Shown here: piece by piece, positions 10,496 through 17,328 of the stretch
How positions within the stretch are numbered: position 1 is the first letter of the stretch
How the letters are laid out: each line of letters opens with the position of its first letter
Sequence record: SRR20825010_5550
Length of the DNA stretch: 37,070 nt
Reading direction: 5' to 3' (one strand)
Position numbers and translations under genes: made by a program
Notes under the pieces: model-generated
Database searches by the model: none
Seen by the model: only the letters and a program-made list of their open reading frames with translations
What the model was told of the DNA's origin: nothing

Positions 10496-11458
10496 ATGGA
10501 AACGCAGAAATATAGTGCTATTAAAATCGCTGTTGTAATCCCATTTTACAATGCCTCCAATGAAATATTGCTCGTCATTTCTAAATTACCGGATTATATT
10601 CAAAGTGTTATTATTGTGGACGACCAAAGTCCCACTCCCCTCCCAAAAGCGGATATTGAAAAACTAGCACCTTCCAAAGCAGCGGTTTACTTTTTAGAAA
10701 ATACAATAAATTTAGGGGTAGGTGGCGCCACCAAAAGAGGATTTGAAGAAGCAATTGGAATTGGGGCAGAAATAATAATCAAGGTAGATGCCGATGACCA
10801 GATGGATCTTACTTACCTTCCCGACTTACTGGATCCACTAATTGCAAACAAGTGCGATGTTGCGAAAGGCAACAGATTTAGGGACCTAAAGGCTTTAAGA
10901 GCCATGCCCCTTATACGCAGAATTGGCAATCTAGGCTTATCATTCCTTATAAAAGCGGCTACAGGTTATTGGCACAATTTTGATCCCACCAATGGATTTT
11001 TGGCCCTTAAAGCCGATGTTGTTAAAAAGTTGAATTTTAATAATCTGGCCAACCGCTATTATTTTGAAACCTCCCTTTTGTCGCAACTGTACTTTGAAAA
11101 GGCGGCTATTAAGGATATTGCCATGCCCGCCATATACGGCGAAGAAAAATCGAGTATGAAAATATGGCAAATGCCTTTTGTCTTTGGGGCCAGGCTAACC
11201 AACACCTTTATAAAGCGTATTGTTAAAGAGTATTTTTTATACGATTTCAATATTGGCTCAGTATACCTATTATTTGGATTTCCACTGTTTATGTTCGGAA
11301 TCATTTTTGGTATTATAGAATGGATTTACTACGCCTCCATAAACACCTTTGCCCCAACAGGTACCATTATGATTGTTACCCTATCTATCATATTGGGCTT
11401 TCAGCTTATCCTTCAGGCCATCCAATACGACATAATAAATGCCCCAAAAGCGCAATAA
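10496..11458 (+). CDS. GT2 glycosyltransferase, polyprenol-phosphate sugar synthase (DPM1/GtrB/ArnC-like)
   Basis: VVIPFYN, IVDDQS, NLGVGGA, KVDADDQMD (DxD), KGNRF and DPTNGF, plus two C-terminal TM helices. Confidence 0.85.
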   Translation: METQKYSAIKIAVVIPFYNASNEILLVISKLPDYIQSVIIVDDQSPTPLPKADIEKLAPSKAAVYFLENTINLGVGGATKRGFEEAIGIGAEIIIKVDADDQMDLTYLPDLLDPLIANKCDVAKGNRFRDLKALRAMPLIRRIGNLGLSFLIKAATGYWHNFDPTNGFLALKADVVKKLNFNNLANRYYFETSLLSQLYFEKAAIKDIAMPAIYGEEKSSMKIWQMPFVFGARLTNTFIKRIVKEYFLYDFNIGSVYLLFGFPLFMFGIIFGIIEWIYYASINTFAPTGTIMIVTLSIILGFQLILQAIQYDIINAPKAQ

Positions 11459-11639
11459 AAGGCCCTAAACTTCTTTGCAAAAAATATTGAGGTACAGCTG
11501 CTACTGTCCAAGGGAAAAACACTAATATTGATATAGGGATTTTCTAGGATAGCGAAGAAGTTTTTGAACTATTTTGTTCAAATTTCAGAGCATCCATGAA
11601 TTGGCCAACTAAGCCATCAACCTATAAAATTCAGTAAAA

Positions 11640-12611
11640 ATGCACACCTATTCCAAAACAGACCCTATACTGTGGACAGGACGCAAGTCTGGCCAACAGC
11701 TTTATCTTCACGAAAAGGTGATTTGCGTTGATCTTAATTCCGAGCAAGTACCCAGTATTAATGGGCGGTCCTGGGCAATACTGGGATATGCTTGCGACGA
11801 GGGCGTTAAAAGGAATGAAGGCAGAATAGGTGCAGCCTTGGGACCTGATGCCATCCGCAAGCAACTCGCCAAACTCCCAAACCACCTTAGGGAAAACACC
11901 TTATTTTTAGACACAGGAACTGTGGATTGCCAGGACGGCGATTTAAAAAAAACACAGACCGTTTTGTCGCGTACCGTCACCCAACTGCTTCAGCAAAACG
12001 CATTCCCCATACTTTTGGGAGGAGGACATGACATTGCTTATGGCCATTATAACGGAATAAAAAGATATCTAGCCACGGAAGGCATTAATAAATCCGTTGG
12101 CATCATTAATTTTGACGCCCATTTTGATTTACGAAGTAACCAAACCAATAACAATTCTGGCACACCGTTTTATCAAATTGCACAAGAATGTAAACTGGAC
12201 CAATCAAAATTCCGCTATATGTGTTTGGGAATCCGTGAGGATGCCAATAACAGTAGCCTTTATGGCACCGCAAAGGACCTAGGTGTTTCCTATGTTGACA
12301 AAACCAATTTCAACCTCCTGCATTTTAATACCATAAAAGATAAAATAGCTCAATTTGCCAAGGAGGTGGATTATATCTACACTACTATTGATTTGGATGG
12401 ATTTTCCTCGGCCTACGCGCCTGGTGTAAGTGCTGCCTCCCCAATGGGTTTCTCCCCGGAAATTGTCCTGGAATGCCTAAAGATTATAATTGCATCAAAA
12501 AAAATGATAAGCTTCGATATCGCTGAAATGAATCCGACTTATGATATTGACCATCAAACGGCAAAATTGGCCGCTTCCCTTATTCATTTTGTGATTCACC
12601 AAAGCCAATAA
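11640..12611 (+). CDS. hutG: Formimidoylglutamase (arginase family)
   Basis: DEGVKRNEGRIGA, GGGHDIAYG, NFDAHFD, TIDLD and APGVSA. Confidence 0.95.
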   Translation: MHTYSKTDPILWTGRKSGQQLYLHEKVICVDLNSEQVPSINGRSWAILGYACDEGVKRNEGRIGAALGPDAIRKQLAKLPNHLRENTLFLDTGTVDCQDGDLKKTQTVLSRTVTQLLQQNAFPILLGGGHDIAYGHYNGIKRYLATEGINKSVGIINFDAHFDLRSNQTNNNSGTPFYQIAQECKLDQSKFRYMCLGIREDANNSSLYGTAKDLGVSYVDKTNFNLLHFNTIKDKIAQFAKEVDYIYTTIDLDGFSSAYAPGVSAASPMGFSPEIVLECLKIIIASKKMISFDIAEMNPTYDIDHQTAKLAASLIHFVIHQSQ

Positions 12612-12660
12612 TATTGAACCACTTATAACCCATTTCTAATCCCATCAAGGGAAAAAAGCC

Positions 12661-13818
12661 CTATTCCAACCAAGATTTGTAATACTTGCCATCATCAATA
12701 TCCATGGCAGCCCTTGTAAGCTGCAAGGGCCTAAAAGTATCTATCATTACAGCCAACTCTTCAGTTTTGGATTTTCCAATACTAGCCTCATAAGTACCCG
12801 GATGAGGTCCATGAGGGATTCCAGCAGGATGTAAGGAAATATATCCCTTGTCTATATTCTTTCTGCTCATAAAGTCGCCATCAACGTAATATAATACCTC
12901 ATCAGAATCTATATTGGAGTGATTGTAAGGCGCAGGTATGGATTGTGGATGATAGTCATATAAACGGGGCACAAAAGAGCAGACCACAAAGGCAGAAGTC
13001 TCAAAAGTCTGATGCACTGGAGGTGGTTGGTGTACACGCCCTGTAATTGGCTCAAAATTATGAATGGAAAAACCATAAGGATAATTGTATCCGTCCCAAC
13101 CCACCACATCAAAAGGGTGGGAAGCATACACCAGATGGTGCAACTGACCTTGTTTTTTAATTTTGATCACAAAATCGCCCTTCTCATCATAGGTCTGTAA
13201 ATTCTGTGGCAATTTAAAGTCGCGCTCACAAAATGGAGAATGCTCCAAGTGCTGTCCAAACCAGTTTCTATATCGCTTTGGGGTGTAAATGGGATGATAT
13301 GATTCTGCAATCAGCAATCTGTTTTCCTGAGTCTCAAAAGTAATCTGGTAGATCATTCCACGTGGAATTACGAGATAATCCCCGTATTCAAACTTAATTT
13401 CCCCCAACATCGTTTTTAATACTCCCGTACCTTTGTGGACAAACAGCAATTCATCGGCATCGGCATTTTTATAAAAATAATCTGTCAGGGATTTTTTGGG
13501 TGCGGCAAGCGAGATATGCACATCTGAATTGAACAACATTACACTTCTACTTTCCAAATAATCGTTCATAGGCTCTACTTCGAAACCCTTGAGTAATCTG
13601 GACTTAATATTATGGGACACCATGGCTTTTGGGGAAACATCGAAGGACTTACCCGCGTCCTTTACCATTGTTGGTCTATGCAAATGGTACATGAGCGATG
13701 ACATGCCATCAAAACCTATGGTACCGAACAATTGCTCATAATGCAGACTGCCGTCCTTTTTCTTAAAAATGGTATGTCTTTTGGGGGGAATTTTACCTAA
13801 TTTGTGATACAAGGGCAT
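12661..13818 (-). CDS. hmgA: Homogentisate 1,2-dioxygenase
   Basis: PPKRH, NADADE, HQPPPVH, PYNHSNIDSDEVLYY and HPAGIPHGP. Confidence 0.93.
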   Translation of the reverse strand: MPLYHKLGKIPPKRHTIFKKKDGSLHYEQLFGTIGFDGMSSLMYHLHRPTMVKDAGKSFDVSPKAMVSHNIKSRLLKGFEVEPMNDYLESRSVMLFNSDVHISLAAPKKSLTDYFYKNADADELLFVHKGTGVLKTMLGEIKFEYGDYLVIPRGMIYQITFETQENRLLIAESYHPIYTPKRYRNWFGQHLEHSPFCERDFKLPQNLQTYDEKGDFVIKIKKQGQLHHLVYASHPFDVVGWDGYNYPYGFSIHNFEPITGRVHQPPPVHQTFETSAFVVCSFVPRLYDYHPQSIPAPYNHSNIDSDEVLYYVDGDFMSRKNIDKGYISLHPAGIPHGPHPGTYEASIGKSKTEELAVMIDTFRPLQLTRAAMDIDDGKYYKSWLE

Positions 13819-14010
13819 AGCTATATCCTTATTAATGATTCCTTTTTAAAAATACGATAAAATAAGGAGTATCTGAAATATTAAAGTTCAATTAATAATG
13901 ATGCAGTAATTGGATTTTCGTAGTTATTCAATCCATAAACTGTTTTGTAACATCCTTGTCAGAAGAATAAGGTGCATTGATTAAAACAGCCGTTTTGGAA
14001 CAATACAAAC

Positions 14011-14040
14011 AAAAAAAGCCTCCCAAAATGGAAAGCCTTT
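14011..14040 (-). terminator. Rho-independent terminator of the candidate sRNA
   Basis: Minus strand AAAGGCTTTCC-ATTTT-GGGAGGCTTTTTTT. Confidence 0.75.
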
Positions 14041-14125
14041 CATCGGTGCTTGTCGGTCCAAATTTACATCCGGAAAAATCGACATATACAACCTTGCCTC
14101 AATTTGCATTGAGACACAACACAAC
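14011..14125 (-). ncRNA. Candidate structured small RNA (~115 nt) with its own promoter and terminator; family not identified
   Basis: TATCTTTG -7 element (14137-14130), two GNRA-capped hairpins (GCAA, GUAA), an extra stem UGUCG/CGACA and a terminal hairpin plus U-run; the G-U pairs work only on the minus strand. Confidence 0.6.
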
Positions 14126-14210
14126 TGGGCAAAGATAGTAAAGGTTTTTAGATTTTCATTGTTTGGACAAGCTTATTTGGACAATCCTTTTATGTCCCAT
14201 TTTAAATATA

Positions 14211-14915
14211 TCAAAGTACAAAGTTAATTCCTGATTCTTCCAATTTTTTATACTTCCCGTAATCGAACCTATACAAAAATGCGCCTTTTTTTGAGGTGGA
14301 TTTATCCTTCTCATCCAATTTAATCAGCAAATCAAAGGACAATAATTTCTTTCTAAAATTCCTATCATCCAATTTGGTCTGGTGAATGGCCTCATATAAT
14401 GACTGAAGCTGTGGAATGGTAAATTTTTCGGGAAGAAGTTCAAATCCTATAGGCTTGTGTGTAGTTTTCTGCCTTAGCCGGTCCAAGGCATCGGCAATCA
14501 TAACATTATGATCCAGTACCAATTGTGGAATATCTTCCAAGGCAAACCATTTGGCGCCATGTAATTCTACCTGTTCCCTATCATAATCATTGATTCTGAT
14601 CAGTGCATATTGGGCAATGGAAATACATCTTGCACCGGAATCCCTCTCCACATCGCTATAAACCCTTAGTTCCTCTAAAAAAATATTCTCCAGGCCAGTA
14701 AACTGTAAAAGAACACGGCGCGCAGCATCTGGGACACTCTCCTCTTCATTTACAAAACTGCCTATCAGGGACCACTCCCCTTTAAGAGGATCTATTCTCC
14801 TTCTAAAGACCAAGAGCTTTAAAATGCCCTCATCAAAACCAAAAACAATACAATCTGTTGCCACAAGTATTTTGGGCTGCGCAATATAAGGGCTATTATT
14901 CTCCAAGGCCGTCAT
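14211..14915 (-). CDS. NrtR family Nudix-related transcriptional regulator
   Basis: VATDCIVFGFD, a degenerate Nudix box (GSFVNEEESVPDAARRVLLQFTGL) and a C-terminal wHTH (FTIPQLQSLYE...DDRNFRKK). Confidence 0.85.
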   Translation of the reverse strand: MTALENNSPYIAQPKILVATDCIVFGFDEGILKLLVFRRRIDPLKGEWSLIGSFVNEEESVPDAARRVLLQFTGLENIFLEELRVYSDVERDSGARCISIAQYALIRINDYDREQVELHGAKWFALEDIPQLVLDHNVMIADALDRLRQKTTHKPIGFELLPEKFTIPQLQSLYEAIHQTKLDDRNFRKKLLSFDLLIKLDEKDKSTSKKGAFLYRFDYGKYKKLEESGINFVL

Positions 14916-15131
14916 TTAAACTATAATGCACTAAAATATCAAAAATATATATCAAATCATCAAAAGCCCAAATATTATAACCCTAAACCCATTTATAAGC
15001 AATAAAAATTTGTAGCAATGGCCAAATCCAACTTTCAATTTTCATCCAATTACCTACAATTTCCCCCAACACATTTAGCAGTCATTTAACACTAAACCTC
15101 CTTCATTTTGAATAACTTGTAATAAAAAAAG

Positions 15132-15359
15132 ATGAAAAATACAGCCATGTTCTGGGTAGCCGCAACGACTTTGGTCCTAATTTCCCTGACCATAATGGCG
15201 GCTATGAACTTTCCTTTTAACTGGGTTTTTTACGTTACCGTTTTAGGGCAAATAATGCTCGTATATATGGTTTTCAGAGTGCTTACGGACAACTATACTA
15301 CAGACAAGACCTTTAAGGATTTCTATGAGGATTGTCCTTTAAGGGGTGAAATTAACTAG
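15132..15359 (+). CDS. Small hypothetical membrane protein (2 TM helices)
   Basis: 75 aa, ATG after an A-rich leader, two hydrophobic segments and a charged tail; fills the gap between two minus-strand genes. Confidence 0.7.
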   Translation: MKNTAMFWVAATTLVLISLTIMAAMNFPFNWVFYVTVLGQIMLVYMVFRVLTDNYTTDKTFKDFYEDCPLRGEIN

Positions 15360-16254
15360 AGGCCGATATTTCCTTGCCTTTTTTGCTATTTGGAGGAGTT
15401 CCCATACCCAATTCCGGTATTACCAATAAGGGGATTTGAGTGTGAAATGCCAATCGTTTAATTACTGGTTCCCGTGTCATTTTTTCCATATAGCTGTGCT
15501 GATAATTGAGCATGGCCAATAGGTGAATATCCAATTCGTTTGCAAAGACCTCCAAGGTCTGGGAAACCGAATTCAATTCTGAAACGGTATGTACATAATG
15601 CTCTACCTCACCTATGTACTTCCTTAACATATTAAGGTTGAATTGCTGGACTTCAGTAAGCGATTTAATTTCGTATTGCACATGTACTATCCTGATGGCC
15701 GCCTTAAAGGATTTTGCCATTTCCAACAGGGGCTTCAATTCGGAAGTCGTGTAAAACCTATTAAAATCTGTTGCAAAAGCAATTTCGGAAGGAGTTTTAA
15801 ATTTAAAATGTTGAGGAATGGCCAGTACCGGGCAGTTCTTTATAGACTTTATTATTCTAACGGTATTGCTCCCCATAAACACCTCCTCCAATCCTGATGC
15901 GCCTTTTGTTCCCGTAATCACCAAACCAATTTGATGTGTCTCTATAATGTTCTTTATTTCATCTACCAAGAGACTAAAGGAAGAAATGGTAATAAACTTA
16001 TGTTTCGGATTATGGTACTTTTCCTGGATCTTTGACAAGAGCTGGTCCAAGCCTTTTTCGGAATTATGCTTCACCACATCCTCACAAGCTTTGCCGCCCG
16101 CACCTGTTGCCATAAACCTGCTATGGGCAATGGTAGGAGTATATGTATTTAAAATATAAAACTCGCACTCTTCATGCTTATAAAGGGAAATTGCATATTT
16201 GGTTGCATTCCAAGCATTGGGAGAAAAATCTGTAGGTAATAATATCTTTTTCAA
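15352..16254 (-). CDS. Universal stress protein (tandem USP domains)
   Basis: KKILLPTDFS, GTKGASGLEEVFMGSNT, IAFATDF and IPLLVIP; TTG start. Confidence 0.92.
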   Translation of the reverse strand: MKKILLPTDFSPNAWNATKYAISLYKHEECEFYILNTYTPTIAHSRFMATGAGGKACEDVVKHNSEKGLDQLLSKIQEKYHNPKHKFITISSFSLLVDEIKNIIETHQIGLVITGTKGASGLEEVFMGSNTVRIIKSIKNCPVLAIPQHFKFKTPSEIAFATDFNRFYTTSELKPLLEMAKSFKAAIRIVHVQYEIKSLTEVQQFNLNMLRKYIGEVEHYVHTVSELNSVSQTLEVFANELDIHLLAMLNYQHSYMEKMTREPVIKRLAFHTQIPLLVIPELGMGTPPNSKKGKEISASS

Positions 16255-16302
16255 ACTATTTTATATTTATAAGAACCCCGCTCAGAGGTTAAAACCATGG
16301 GG

Positions 16303-16345
16303 TAAAATTATGGGAAGTCAGAAACCTGAACTATGACATTTATCA
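16303..16345 (-). promoter_or_regulatory. Fnr-type box plus -7 promoter element for usp
   Basis: TGACATTTATCA at 16334-16345 and TAATTTTA (minus strand) at 16310-16303; 23-nt spacer. Confidence 0.75.
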
Positions 16346-16519
16346 GCTTTTAGGGTTGATATTTTAGAACGAAAAAACTTCGGCAGTAGCCGATTCTGGA
16401 AGGTTGTTATTACCCTTATCTGCAAAAATGAAGAAATAGAAGTTATAACTATAGGTGGGAATTATGGAACAGAGCACTGCAGGCTACAATAGAAAAAAGA
16501 AGAAACGGAAACTCTGGGA

Positions 16520-17206
16520 TCAGGATCCCTTTGCAACTTCATTAAGGCCATTTCTGTCCGCTATGGCCACTTTTTTTCCAGAAGCTTTTATCAACCCCAA
16601 TTTTTTGAAATCTGAAATAATCCTAATGGCAGATTCCGTAGCCGTACCTACTACATTGGCAATATCTTCCCGGGATAGCGTTAAGGCCAAATAGCCGTTC
16701 TTATCCTTTCCAAAATTTTCCTCCAAATAAATAAATGCCTCGGCTATCCTCTGCTTCACAGTCTTTTGCGACATATTCACAATAACGTCATCGGCCTCCT
16801 TTAAATCGTGGGCTATATGCCTCAAAACTTCCACAGCAAAATTGGGATTGCTATTGAGGCTATCCATAATGGCATCTTTGGGAACAAAACATACCTCCAT
16901 ATCGTTTACTGCAATTGCACTTAGGTTGGCCACTTCTTCTGTAATTACGGAACGCTGTCCCAAAACAGCACCTTGAGTTGCCAATTTTACTATTTGATCC
17001 TTACCGTTTGGACTTAATTTGGATAACTTGGAGACACCTTCCCTTACACAAAAAACACCATTGAGTTTGTCTCCTTCGCCAAAAATGGTTTCCCCTTTTT
17101 TTACTAATTTGGTAATCTTGGTATCTGAAACCCTTTTCAACTCCTCCTTGCTCATTGCCCGCAAGGAATTGAATTGACGAATAATACAATTTTCACATCT
17201 GCCCAT
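16520..17206 (-). CDS. Crp/Fnr family transcriptional regulator with N-terminal CxxC
   Basis: MGRCENC start, a cNMP-binding-like domain and HTH SREDIANVVGTATESAIR; ATG at 17206 preferred because the longer ORF runs through the promoter. Confidence 0.9.
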   Translation of the reverse strand: MGRCENCIIRQFNSLRAMSKEELKRVSDTKITKLVKKGETIFGEGDKLNGVFCVREGVSKLSKLSPNGKDQIVKLATQGAVLGQRSVITEEVANLSAIAVNDMEVCFVPKDAIMDSLNSNPNFAVEVLRHIAHDLKEADDVIVNMSQKTVKQRIAEAFIYLEENFGKDKNGYLALTLSREDIANVVGTATESAIRIISDFKKLGLIKASGKKVAIADRNGLNEVAKGS

Positions 17207-17229
17207 AACTAAAAAATTACCTGATATGG

Positions 17230-17303
17230 CAAATTTAAAGGTTATTAACTGAGGAAAAACTGACAATTATCATGTTTATAAATAGCAATGATGAGCATCT
17301 TTG
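17230..17303. promoter_or_regulatory. Shared Fnr-type box between divergent regulator and ccoI promoters
   Basis: TGACAATTATCA at 17261-17272; TAAATTTG (minus, 17237-17230) and CATCTTTG (plus, 17296-17303) are each 23 nt away. Confidence 0.8.
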
Positions 17304-17328
17304 CACTCAGGTATTAAGCAAATAATCT

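Noticed and set aside
7162-11581. TTTGTTCAA at both ends of the cassette as a target-site duplication
   Set aside because: Only 9 bp and AT-rich, with no recombinase nearby; compatible with chance.
14041-14125. Assignment of the candidate RNA to c-di-GMP-I riboswitch, hammerhead, SRP or 6S RNA
   Set aside because: Lacks the GGCAAAC/ACGCAAAGC, CUGAUGA-GAAA and SRP helix-8 consensus elements, and is not in the usual zapA-linked 6S context.
15074-15096. TTTAG...CTAAA dyad as an NrtR operator
   Set aside because: The inner part does not fit the GT-N7-AC NrtR core well; too weak to call.
17207-17266. Extended N-terminus of the Crp/Fnr ORF
   Set aside because: Runs through the predicted promoter and operator; MGRCENC at 17206 is the plausible start.
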